The notes under the pieces were generated by a model. That model was not told the DNA's origin. It searched no databases and worked only from the letters and a program-made list of their open reading frames with translations. From contig CM068758.1 in assembly GCA_035084275.1 (NCBI GenBank), positions 2,356,001-2,420,000 of the forward strand: 64,000 nucleotides of DNA, in the 5' to 3' direction. Made by a program: the position numbers and the translations under genes. Shown here piece after piece: positions 1 to 12,125 of this stretch (its first letter is position 1; each line of letters starts with the position of its first letter). The stretch is from Hydrolagus colliei. Taxonomy: Eukaryota.

Positions 1-454
1 AGATTGAGTTTCCACCCCCCCCCCCCCCCCCCCCCCCACCCCACCCACACCCCCACTCCTACCCCTTCTTTCCCCCACACCCCACCCCCCACCACCCACC
101 CATACACAGACACACTTACGCCTGTCACGTAACATTAATTGAGATAGGTAGCCATCTTTCTGACCTAGTGACACAAGATTCAGATGAGAATGAGCAGAGG
201 CTTAGCATCGCAAGTCGCTCGCCGTCAGCTATCTATCAACCAATTTTTTTTCTTTTAAAGGCATCGGGGAAAGGCTTAGCGTACAGAGAGCACCATGAGC
301 TGGGGGCGGGGGAGTGACTTAAGACTTTTCATTTATTCTGCCATTGTTACAACATCATTTCCCCACCTCCCCCACCCCCCTCGGTAAGTCTCGATTCTTT
401 CCCCCAGAAAAATCCCTTTGTGTTTTTTTTATATAAAAGTCAATGAACTAAGAA

Positions 455-637
455 TAATAAATCGGTCGCTTCAATCCACGATTGTTTGTGGGACACTGCT
501 GCATTCGATTGGCTGCCGCGTTTCGCACGCAAAGTATACAGTCAATTCACTTCACACTGTATCCTGCGAAGCGCTTTGAGGCGTCTCGAAGATGTGATCA
601 GATGCTACATCTTATGCTAGAACTATTATTATTATTC
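455..637 (+). mobile_element. 5'-truncated copy of the dominant tRNA-derived SINE
   Basis: TCAATCCACGATTGTTTGTGGGACACTGCTG...GCGCTTTGAG...(ATT)n body and tail shared with full-length copies. Confidence 0.9.
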
Positions 638-816
638 TTCTATTCCTCCGCTCCCTCTTCCTCCACCTCACCACCAGCCCAGCTCACGCACCATTCTCTC
701 CAACTGACTGTGAGCACACAATGGGTTCAGGATTGTCCAAGCAAAGTTCTTAATCTTTTTCTCTCTCTCCCTCTCTCTCTTTCTCTCTACTCTCCACCTT
801 CCCTCCCTCACATGGA

Positions 817-1144
817 GTAATAAGAATAACACAATAAATAATCCTCGCCTTTGATGTAGCGCTTTTCACGTTTTATTGACGTCTCAAAGCGCTTCACAGA
901 ATATACTGTAAAGTGAAGTGACTGTACATTTTGTGGGTGAAATGCGGCAGCCAATTGCGCACAGCAGCGACCCCGTAAACAGTCGTGGATTGAAACGATC
1001 AATGTTTCTTATTGTGTTTTTTTGGGACGGATTATTATTAGGCGTGTGGAGTAAGGAAACTTGCCCGAGGTTTCGCCCTGATCTGCCTGTATTCGAACAC
1101 GTTGTAAGGCGAGTGCTCTAACCACTGAGCTACAGGAGCTCCAC
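817..1144 (-). mobile_element. Near full-length tRNA-derived SINE
   Basis: Minus strand starts GTGGAGCTCCTGTAGCTCAGTGGTTAGAGC (A box), then GTTCGAAT (B box), body and (ATT)n tail. Confidence 0.95.
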
Positions 1145-1376
1145 AGAATACAAGGGTAACCCTGGTTGATTCGTCTTACAGTTTCTCTTTCCTGTTCCCC
1201 TGCGGCTCAACCAAGATCAGTGACTTAACACGTGGACACCTGCAAGTGTAAACGCTACCAAGTCAGTTGCCAGTCAATGGGTGGTCTGAGTTCAAACGGT
1301 TTCCTCCTCTCCTCTCTCTCTCCACCTCACCCCACCATACCAGGGCCAACAATATTAACCCTTACAACCACTGAAA

Positions 1377-1666
1377 ATATAATAATAATAATCCTTGCAT
1401 TTGATATAGGGCTTTGAGGAATATACTGTAAAGTGAATTGATTGCATATTCGTGGGCGTAACTCGGCAGCCAATTTGCATACAACACTGTCCCGCAAACA
1501 GTTCGCGGACTGAAATGACCATTTTTAAAATTGTTGTTGTTTTGGGGTATTATTGGCAGGCATGTGGAGTAAGGAAACTTATGCCCAAGGTTTCGTCCTG
1601 CCTGGAATTGAACCCTGGTTTCTCGCTTGCAAGGCGAGTGCTCTAACCACTGAACTACACAGGAGT
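1377..1666 (-). mobile_element. SINE copy with internal deletion
   Basis: Head, body and tail match the other copies. Confidence 0.9.
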
Positions 1667-2705
1667 TAGATACACAGTGAAAAGCGCTCCATTTGCTGCC
1701 ATGCGCGTTAACCTAGCAGAATTTGGGTATTACATTAAAAAAGCATGAATTGCTATATTCTTATTATCCTATGTAATGTAACTAATGGATATTTTGTAAT
1801 ATTGACTCCACTTTCACCATCAAACTACACAGCCACGATGGGATGGGACAGGACAGACGTCCACAGCATCTGTGCTCTGCCACAGTACAGGGGCAGAGAG
1901 TTCCTTCCAGGAGAGTTAATGGGACTCGTAAAGAGAGCAGGAATGGCCACATGAACTCATTGAGAAACATGGAACGGGAGAACATTTTTGGTGAATATAA
2001 AAGACCAATGATGGTGGCCATGCCTGAAATCTACCCAATACTCTTGTCTGTGAGGTCTGGGTTCTCAGCCACCAGCAGTAGCTTGAACTTCCAGGCCTCC
2101 GAAGCTGGCGATGGATGCCATGGAATGGCGATGGAAATCTGATGTTTCCCTAGGGCAGTGTTGGAGGCGTTTGTCTCACAGCAAGTAAGTGGTGTGGGTT
2201 AGTGCCTGGATGCAGTATCAAAGCCCTCCCTCTTTTCAGCTGTTTCAACTGTTTTGCCTGTAGGAACTTATGTAATAATATATAATTCTTAAATTTATAT
2301 AGCGCTTTCAACGTCTTATCGACGTCAGGGAGGGGTCATGGTTGTGGGGAAGGAAAGTAGGAAAATCGACCATATTTGTGGGCGAAACGTGGCAGCCAAA
2401 TTGCGCACAGCAGTGACCCACAAACAGTCGTGGAAATGGGGCCAGGGGAGAAACTTAAGAATATTAAGGGCCCCCCTCTCCCCCCAAAAGATCAGTGCAC
2501 ATCCACTACTCGATTCCCCATTTCGCTCAGATCGATTTATTTGCTAAACAGCTATCTAATTCCTTCTTGAATCTGCTGACACCACATCACCAACAACACC
2601 ACCTCCCTAGGTTCTCCATTTCACTCATTCACTCGCTCGCTTGCTCACTCCCTCCCTCGCTCCCTCACTCACTCTCACTCGCTCGCTCCCTTGTGAACAC
2701 AATTG

Positions 2706-2927
2706 AATAATAATAATCCTTGCATTTCCATATAGTGCTTTTCATGTCTTCTAGACGTCTCACAGCACTTCACAGAATATATTTTACTGTAAAGTGAATT
2801 GACTGTATATTTGTGGGCCAAACGCGACAGCCAATTGCGCACAGCAGCGTCTGACAAACAGCCGTGGATTGAAATGACCAATTTTACTATTGTGTTTTTT
2901 TTGGAGGGATTATTATTAGGCGTGTGA
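2706..2927 (-). mobile_element. SINE 3' two-thirds, ending at the gap
   Basis: Matches family body and tail. Confidence 0.9.
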
Positions 2928-2935
2928 ATCCAGTC

Positions 2936-3135
2936 NNNNNNNNNNNNNNNNNNNNNNNNNNNNNNNNNNNNNNNNNNNNNNNNNNNNNNNNNNNNNNNNN
3001 NNNNNNNNNNNNNNNNNNNNNNNNNNNNNNNNNNNNNNNNNNNNNNNNNNNNNNNNNNNNNNNNNNNNNNNNNNNNNNNNNNNNNNNNNNNNNNNNNNNN
3101 NNNNNNNNNNNNNNNNNNNNNNNNNNNNNNNNNNN
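2936..3135. other. Assembly gap (200 N)
   Basis: Run of N characters. Confidence 1.
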
Positions 3136-3943
3136 TCAATTCTCATTATAAAAACTTTGGAGGTGGGGTGGAGGTGGGGGGATGGGGGGGGGGGGGGGCA
3201 GGGGGCGAAATGCAAGAATTATATCTATTTGAACTTGACACAAACCTTTCCCCATTCGTTTTACTTAACCTGCGCAGGGTAAAAGGGACGGGGAAGAAAA
3301 GCAGCGCTTGACAGCACCACGATCATGTGTTTTATTCAGCGTTAATCAGAAGTTCAAAGCATTGGATTCTGTTTTTGAACTTGCGATGGCAATCCAGAAG
3401 TTCATTCAGAGTCTGACTCCCGCCGAACAAAAAATGGATGAACTGGAACGAGTCTTAACGATCGAGCTTAAAAAGTCCCAGAGTTTTATGTTAACCATCC
3501 CAGAAGAGTTGGAGTGTAGCCACTCCTGCAATTAACTTTGCGATTATAGTAGCCAGTGTGAGAAATGGCTTCATTTGCACAACCATTAGCCTTTGTGCAA
3601 ATATTTCACTCCTTAAAACATACTGTATGCATCATCATTAAGATAAAAGAAAAGAAAAATTAACAGATCACTCAATAACTGCATGCTGTGCAATGGACTA
3701 GGAGTGTTCCATTACAAACCAATGTCTCATTTCAAGAAAGGTGATCCTGAGTAGTAAATTAGCAAGGTGTTTAATCATATTTCCTCTGATTTATAGATTT
3801 TTTTGGAGCAAAAACTCATGTAATGAGTCCAAACCTTAGTCGATGTGACGGTCTCCTCTCTCGTGATCAGCGCCATAACACAAGCCCATTGTACTGCTGT
3901 GCTTATTTCCCTTTGAGCATCATCGTGATACTTTAGTAATTAG

Positions 3944-4249
3944 AATAATAATCCTTGCATTGGATGTTGCGCTTTTCACATCTTATCGACGTCTCAAAGC
4001 ACTTCTGCAGAATGTACTGTAAAGCGAATTGACTGTACACCTGTGGGAGAAACGCAGCAGCCAATTGCGCACAGCAGTGTCCCTGATAAACAGTCGTGGA
4101 TTGAAAATGACCAATTTTATTATTGCGGGTTTTTGGGGCGGATTATTATCAGGCGTGTGGAGTAAGGAAACTTGCCCTGATCTGCCTGGATTCGAACACA
4201 AGTCTCACGCTTGTAAGCCGTTCTAACCACTGAGCTAAAGGAGCTCCAC
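3944..4249 (-). mobile_element. Near full-length SINE
   Basis: tRNA-like head, body and tail all present. Confidence 0.95.
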
Positions 4250-5411
4250 GATCATCATCAGCAAATAACTTCCAATCGGAATAGAGTCTTTCAAGATGGG
4301 AGTGGGTTACGTTTAAACCACAAGTTATTTTGGGCTGTTTCGATACGCTTCTCGATAAGAGAGGATTGTGCACTCTGCCGACATTTTTGCAACATGTAAA
4401 GTTAAAAGCCTGGCACTATTTTAACACTGGGTGGTGGAAAAAAAATTAACAGGGCATTTGGCTTTGAGCAGTGAGATTTTGCTCAGCTTTCATTTCAGCA
4501 GCTATGGGAAAGGGAATGGGGACCTGATGAAGGTTTCTTTTTGGAGTTAATTCTGCCCATGGTGCAGGATTAAACGTTACATGCTACACAAATCATGTCA
4601 TGCTTAAACGCACAGTACTGAGAGACACAGCATTGACAAACAGCATTAAAGCTGTTGACAGAGGTCAAGTCAATGAGCCAGTATGTCAGTGCGCTGAGCC
4701 AGGATGAGAGCAGGGCAAAGTAACAGTAGCAAATCTATTTTGCGGAAGAGGGAATAAGTTCGCTCAGGAACGAACCATGACCCAAACAAAAATATATATT
4801 ATATATGTACAATTATATATAAAATGACGGGACTGTGACCTCCTTCCTGAAGGCGACACAAATTGAACGTTCAAAGTGATAAACAACGTGAGCACAAGTC
4901 GCTCAAACAGGTCGACAGGGAGAGAGAGAGAGAAAAAATAAGGGGTGAAATCTAACTTAAGACGTACTGCTCGATTGCCAAAGGTATCTTTAGACTGTTC
5001 CCTCTCTCCTCCCCACCGTTCGAAAAAAAAAATTCAACGGAACTAAAATCAAAGTGCAATGTTATCTTTCTTTAATACCATCTTTTATCCTCCCCCCCTT
5101 TTATGTTGCACCGAGCCCACAGACTCTCTTCCCTCCCCCTTTGCACCGATAAAGTTGAACCATTGTAGTAAGCAAGCGGTTTTATGAGCTTGAGCGACCT
5201 TTATAAGTCAAAGCAATCAACTGTGAGGACTATTAAAAGCGCTTCATGATGTGTCTGGCGGAGTTTGAAATATTCAGCACAGTGAATAGCTTTCCTGCAA
5301 TATTTAGTTGTTAAAACTCCTTGCAATCCTTTCACTGAAGGCATTTCCTTTAATTATATTGATAATTTTAACTCTGCTCTGATCTTCTGTGTAGATTGTA
5401 AAAAAAACATA

Positions 5412-5584
5412 ATCATAAATTGGTCATTTCAATCCACGACTGTTTCTGGGGACGCTGCTTTGCGCAATTGGCTGCTGCGTTTCGCCCACAAATATACAGT
5501 CAACTCACTTCACAGCATATTCTATGAAGCGCTTTGAGACGCGAAAAGCGCTACATCAAACGCAAGAATTATTATTATTATAAT
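5412..5584 (+). mobile_element. 5'-truncated SINE
   Basis: AATTGGTCATTTCAATCCACGACTG...(ATT)n. Confidence 0.9.
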
Positions 5585-6165
5585 AGAATTAGAATCAAGT
5601 CTGTATTAAGACTTGAATTCGCATTTAAATCATGTGCTGCACACAGTATTTTATAGAAGATATTTAAGTTTATTTTTTAAAATAAAAATGATTTTCAAGC
5701 ATTATTTTACTATTTTATTTCCCTCCCCCTTTATTTACTGCGACACATTCTAATATCAGCCGCCCCCTAAACACACACGCGGTTGCCTGTGCATCTTTGC
5801 GAAGCAACTTTTCCAAAGAAGAAATTGGGACGGGAAGATAATGAGAAGGAATATGAATTAATCACAGGGATGCTCTTACACATTTAAAATATATAATTCC
5901 CCGGGTCTGATAGCCGAGGTTTGCTGGCCAAATAATTTATAAATAAAAGGAGGGGTAGGGGAGGAGGTGAGCGCGGGTAGGTGAGGAAACTCTTTAAAAT
6001 ATAATACACTGCAATGTTTGACACAGTCGAGGTGGAGGTCAGAAGCCAAAGGTTATGTGTTCCTATTTGCAAACAATACTAGTTGAGGACCTCCAGAGAA
6101 TAGGATGACAGCGCGACCGATCAAAACATTAACTTGCTGTGTGGGAGGGGGATAAAAAAGAGAGG

Positions 6166-6254
6166 TGGCGGGGGGGGGGGGGGGTGGGGGGAGGGGGGGG
6201 GAGGAGTGGGGGAGGGGGGGGGGGGGGAGGAGTGGGGGGGGGGGGGGGGGGGGG
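6166..6254 (+). repeat. Poly-G-rich tract
   Basis: Almost pure G runs over about 90 nt. Confidence 0.95.
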
Positions 6255-6470
6255 AATACATTAGATTAGAAAGAAAGCACGAAAACCTCAGTCGTGTTGC
6301 GTGCGACAGATGGAGATTAAAGAGAAACCCCTTGTTTTTTTTGCAGGATGTTTAGAGGGGGACATTATACCAGAGAGAAAGAGAGAGAGAAACAAAAATG
6401 TGAATGCCAGTATTGCTTGTTGATAAGGATAGTAGCATCATCTTAATACCTTTACAAATACCCATGTTTA

Positions 6471-6678
6471 ACGCCTAATAATAATCCCTCAAACAACAAT
6501 AATAAATTGGTCAGTTCGACCCACCGTTGTTTGTGGGACACTGCTGTGCACAATCGGCTGCCGCGTTTCGCCCACAAATATACAGTTAATTCACTTTACA
6601 GTCTATGCTTTGAATCGCTTTGAGACATCTGGAAGACGTGAAAAGACGCTATAGCAAATGCACGGATTATTACTATTA
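6471..6678 (+). mobile_element. 5'-truncated SINE
   Basis: Family body and tail. Confidence 0.9.
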
Positions 6679-7380
6679 ACATATAGTCAGTCAGTAGACA
6701 ACCGATCGTATATATTGATGCAAGACAGAAGAATACACACACATACAAAACATACACACAGCTTTCCTTTGACAGATCAACACACTTAAATCCCTTACAG
6801 TCTCGTCTGATACTTTGCAATGTCACAAACTGATCAAGCTCAATTCATAAACTTGAATTTCCTTTGCCATTAAGGCAGGGAATTTTAAAATATTGCCACA
6901 CACACACACACACACTGCAAACTATGTTTTTTAAAAAAAATAAAAAATCAACTAATCTGAAAAATAGATGACAATAGTTACAGTTTGATTTTGGTTGGGG
7001 AAAAAACACACATTTATTCTGCAAGAGAATAATATAAACAATATAAATTCCTCCCCATCCAACCCTATTTTTTTTTTACCACCCCCCATTTAACAAGAAC
7101 CAGTTTGCTTTCCTATCAAAAGCAACTAACAGTCTCAACGAAATGTAAAACACTGTGAAATAAAACTGGATTGATATTTCTTTTAAAGAAAAAAAACACA
7201 CACTAACCAACTAAGCTTTTAAAACCCAAATTTCAACATAAATCCCCAAATCAACACCTTTCCTCTTCTTTCATAATCGTAGTTTCTACCCAACTTTTTT
7301 TTGGACAACACACCCCCTCCCCTCCACCCACCTACCCACCCCACAAAAAAAATTATGACTGTACAAGGAATGCTCCTTAC

Positions 7381-7479
7381 CTGTTGGAGGTACATAAACG
7401 TCAAGGCACAGGAGAGCTGGGGACACAAGCCCACATTGGGCAAAGCCACACAAGTTGCACCCGACAGAGGATGCTGCAT
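7381..7479 (-). CDS. RBFOX1: Alternative first coding exon of an RBFOX-family RNA-binding splicing factor, most likely RBFOX1; 33 codons, MQHPLSGATCVALPNVGLCPQLSCALTFMYLQQ
   Basis: Seen: ATG at 7479-7477, 99 nt open frame, strong donor CAG|GTAAGG at 7381/7380, phase 0. Recalled, not searched: vertebrate RBFOX isoforms whose N-terminus ends ...FMYLQQ splice in phase 0 to the shared GNQEA...MAQPY exon. Which paralog (1, 2 or 3) is uncertain. Confidence 0.62.
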
Positions 7480-8130
7480 ACTCTTGTTGCTTTGGGGGAT
7501 GTGGGAAGAACCAGAGGAAAGAGACAGAGGTGGGGAGTTGACTGTACACAACTTTCTTGTCCTGATAATTCTTCCTTCGGCACCAATTCGCAGGCAGCCA
7601 GGCTTCTGGTTAGCTGAGCGAGCTAGCTAACTAACGAACTAGCTAGCTAGCTAGCTCGTTAGCTGACCAACTCGCTCACTAGCCAGCTAGCTTACCCGCA
7701 AAGTTGCACTGAAACAAATTGCAGATTTCTTATATATAGCGCTATTGTTCCCTCTCTATCTCTATCTATCTATCACTTGCTCTCTTTTATTTTGTTTCTC
7801 TGTGTGTGTGTGTGTGTGTGTGTGTAAAGCAAAGCAGCCTTTACAAATGCACCCTGTGTGTATGTATGTACGTGCGTATATATATGTGTGTGTAGAGAGA
7901 GACAGTTATTTTTTTGGAAGTGGGGGGAGGCGGGGGGGGGGGGGGGGGGGACACACAAAATATTCTAAATGGAGCCAAAGTCAGGCTCCATCCATCCCGA
8001 CAACAAACATGTACAACTCCTTCTAATGATAGAGTGAGCGAGAGAGAGAGAGAGAAAGAGAGAAGGTTGGTCATACAGCATTAGTGGCTGGCTGCCTCAG
8101 CAGAGAATGCTTGACTCAGTCATTCGACCG
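7480..8130 (-). promoter_or_regulatory. Putative 5'UTR and promoter of the alternative first exon
   Basis: CTATATATAA on the minus strand (7739-7730) fits both TATA and MEF2 (YTAWWWWTAR) consensus. AP-1 site TGACTCA at 8112-8118. No SINE copies in this interval. The TSS cannot be located from sequence. Confidence 0.4.
7610..7692. repeat. Degenerate (TAGC)n repeat
   Basis: TAGCTAGCTAGCTAGC core with TAAC and TCGT variants. Confidence 0.9.
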
Positions 8131-10599
8131 GTACTGATGTTTGCCTGGCTCTCATTTGTCAAATGGGTCTTATAGGGCAGGCAGCGTCCTTTTTCTTTCA
8201 CTCATTCACTCACTCACTCAGTCATTAATTCATCCCTCCATCCACCTCCCCTTTTTTGTCTCTCTCTTTCTCCCTCTCTCTCTCTCTGACATGCTGCGTT
8301 TAAAAAATAACAATCCCGAGGGATGGACAACTGAATCATGTATGGCTGGGAGATTTTGGCAATTAATATCACCACCCAGCTGAAACCAGGCTGCCATACC
8401 AATGTAATCACTTAAATACAGAATTAACCTGCATCAAACGGACCACACACGCACACACACACACAAAAAAAAATGATGGGGTGGGAGGTAACAGCAAAGC
8501 GAAGGAAATATCCTGAGATGCAACAAACACACAGCCTTCATCGGCTCACCAAGTCTTCCTATGGCAAATGATTTCAGCCAAAGCCTCATCATAAATCATC
8601 AGGCAAATCATTTTTGATGATGGGAATGAATAATTAATTCACTTACAAGAAGGCCCTGTTCATCAAGTGACAACTATTTTCCCAAATCTGTCACAAAGCT
8701 GATCTACTGGAAGCTACTATATGAAATTAAGATGAACTTTTTTTCCTGCACACACACACACACACAGAGAGCCACCCCCCCACCCCCACTCCATCGCACC
8801 GCCTGTTCGTGTGCATATATAAAATAATACAATACCAAACTCCCAATACCCTGAAGCAAGTCTCCTTCAGCGGATATAAAGAAGTACGGTAGTATCAGGC
8901 ATTGCCAGCTTCCTTGCTCTTTTCTGCATCAGTCTTTGCCTGTTGCAACAATCCGACTGCTGCGTTCCCCCCAATCTTATTTCTCCAACGGAACAAGATT
9001 AATAATACATCTCGCCCTAATTTGACCCCATCAAGTACGGTCTAATATAACGTCGAGAGAGGGAGAGAGTGAGAGAAAAAAATCCACGTAAAAAGGTGAA
9101 TACAATTAGTGCCGTCTAACAAGTGATATTTATAAAGCACAAGCTGGGTTAATCAATGCTTTGTAGAGCTGAAACAATCCTTTATTATTTTCCTTTCAGA
9201 TCACAGAACATCACTTACTCGCTTCCTGGCTGTCGTTTTCGACCCTGTTTAAAAAAAAAATGCCTGGTGCTATTTCAAGACGTTCTTATTGCTTTTGGTC
9301 TACAGTTAGCTCTTTGCACAAGATTAAGAGATTATGAAGGTCTGCGTTAACCTGAGGCAATAAAGAATTCCTAATTTTCTGTTTCTATTAGGCAGTGTGT
9401 TATTTCCAAAGACTTCCAGCAGCATTTAATAGTAAATGTCTACAATGACTTGACTTCAGCTATCAACCCCTTCTGTATTATTAGACTGCTCTGTATGAAA
9501 AGGTTACCAGTTTTCATTGCATTTGTGGAGGACTATTAATTAAAAATGATCGCTTACGAATCTTTAGAGAACCTTGATACTGTATTGCCCTTTACACTTC
9601 CCAGAGTGTTTTATTTTTTAACCTGCCCCCTTTTCTTTCACAGCATTGTTGATTTTTCTTGTTAACAACTGAAACATGTATATATATATATATATACTGT
9701 ATATAGAAGATTTTCAGTGAACAAGCAATGCTAAAACCTTCAAGATCTTGGGCGCTATTCAGTTGAATTCAGTATTTAGCTAATAAGTGTAGCAACCAGG
9801 TTATGACCTACGAAGATGTGAAAGCGCTTTATCAAATGCACGTATTATTATTATTATTAGTAGTATTGTTTATATATTTGAGTCAATTAAAAAAAATACA
9901 AGTCGTGCCCAGAATGGGGTTTCGCAATGCACCAACTGTGCAATATATTGCTGTTGGAATGTCTTAAGAAATGGACGGGTTGGTGTCGGTAGAGACCACC
10001 TGAGAGAGAGAGAGAGCGAGCGAGTGAGTGAGCGAGTGAGCGGATCCCACATTGCCGGTGCTGTAGCGATGCTGCGGTGTAACAATCAGTGCAAATTTCA
10101 TGTTTAATAGGGACTCGAGAGGTCCAGTGAACCAGATTGTAAGTTTGTAATGCTTACAAAGAGCAAGCAGTCTTTTCATTGGAAAGCCCTCTGGCAGTGG
10201 GAGGCCGGTGAACAAAGCTCAATGTGCATGTATTTTAAGTACACATGTACTGAGTGAATTCTTGCCTCCCCCTGTTTGACAGCTAGGCAAATGAGCAATC
10301 ATCTACTCGAATCGCCCTCAGTGCATCTGGGCACAGGAGGTACGGACACTTTGGAGTCCCGTCCACCCAGATACGAAACATCAGAAATGATTGAAAATGT
10401 TCTCTTCGTGGGAAGGGAACTCAGCGGTTTGTTGGTCCTCGGCCACGTTGGACCAGGGTTTACTACAGAGAATTCCACCCACATCTCGCTGACTTCACAC
10501 AAGACCTCATCTGCAACCAGAGACCAACGCAGCGCTCAGTTGCTAGACTCAAAACCACAGAACCCTTTGGACCATTATTTCATTGTCTCATAGTACTGT

Positions 10600-10870
10600 A
10601 CTAATAGCAGCAACCCCTAACGTCATATAAATCCTATCCCAATTCACTGCTCTTTCCACCAACCCTCTAATACTCTTCCTTCGCATGTTCTTTGCCCGTT
10701 TTTTATTCATTAAATGCCCCCCATTCAACTCTGCTCTATTCCCAAGGAAATCATTCCACAGCCCGACAAACATCTGGGAGAAGAAGCTCTCCTGAAACTC
10801 TCCTTTTCTACTCCCCCAACCGCAACCCTTCTTATTGGATTCCCTATAACTGTTTGTATCCAGAAACCAA
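10600..10870 (-). mobile_element. CR1 LINE 3' fragment (degenerate ORF2 C-terminus)
   Basis: Translation ...ESFFSQMFVGLWNDFL...KSIRGLVERAVNWD resembles the CR1 C-terminal FFTQRVVxLWNxLP...GYGERAGxW motif. Confidence 0.75.
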
Positions 10871-10913
10871 TATCCCAGCAAATAAGGCTCCAATCACACT
10901 CCCACCTCTAACA

Positions 10914-11153
10914 TAATAATAATCCTTGCAGTTGATAAAGCGCTTTCCACATCTTCTGGATGTCTCAAAGCGCTTCACAGAATACACTGTAAATTGAATT
11001 GACAGTATATTCGTAAGCGAAATGCAGCAACCAATTGCACACAGTAGTGGATTGAAATGACCAATTTATTATTGTTTGTTTTGAGGGAATATTTTAGGCG
11101 TATGGAGTAAGGAAACTTGCCCAAGTTTTCACCCCACCTGGAATCAAACCCAG
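10914..11153 (-). mobile_element. SINE lacking most of its head
   Basis: Family body and tail with deletions. Confidence 0.9.
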
Positions 11154-11934
11154 TTTTTGTTTCAGATTGCCAGCATCCTGTAGTATTTTGTGTTTTTATT
11201 AATTATTTGTTGCATGTAGATTGAATTGAAACACAAGGTTCAAAGAAGACAGGTGAAAGTAACCCACCACTGGTAACGGCAAAGATAAATTATTTGAAAT
11301 GCATCTGGTGTTTTTTCTAATACAATAAAATAAAAGAACCCAAATTCGTGAACGTTCCACGAAATAAGATGATTCCAACCACGGCATAGTTTGGTAAGGA
11401 AAGCGAGTGCGGTACAACAAAACTAAAATGATCAACACATTCGTTTGTTTTTTCCCCCACTGCCCTCAGACAAGTTGACAGATGATGAGAATTTCATCGC
11501 CATAAAAAAAGAAACTTGATGGTGTCCCGTTGAGGCTAAGGAAATTGATTAAGAAGACTACTGTCCTTCTTAACATGGATGAGCTAACTCACTCACACAC
11601 TCCAGGCACTCATCTGAGAGCCATCCACACAGTAAATAAGAAATTTACTGCCAAGCCATTAGTTATAACATTTGTTTTCAAGTTTTGTAAGCCACCATTA
11701 ATATACGGAATTCGGGAACGGTGGAGGTTGAGAGGGATTTGTCTTGAACAAGGCACGGTGGCGTTCTCATTTCAAATCAAAATGCGTTGTAGGAAAACTG
11801 GGCCTTTTGCATGTAACCGCAGGCAAGCAATACATGCAGGGATGCAACGTTGTTTGATGATGTTCAACAGTATTTGAGGAGTAAATATTTCAAGCTTTGT
11901 ACTCAAACCTCCCTAGCTTCCTTCAAGTCTCGCC

Positions 11935-12125
11935 TTAAGACCCTCCTCTTCGACCGTGCCATCCGTCACCCCACCAACCCCCATCACCCCTCACCCCCCC
12001 TTCGGCTTTCCTTCCACCTTCCCTGATCCCGACCCCAGCTCGGTTCCGAAACATTGACTGTCCAGCGCCTTGGGATGTCCTCCCGACGTGAAAGGCGCTG
12101 TACACGTGTAATTCTGTTGTTGTTT
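11935..12125 (+). mobile_element. L2 LINE 3' end with (TTG)n tail
   Basis: The 3'UTR CCCTGATCCCGACCCC...GTCCTCCCGACGTGAAAGGCGCT...(TTG)n is the same as that attached to L2 ORF2 sequence at 60300-60750. Confidence 0.85.
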
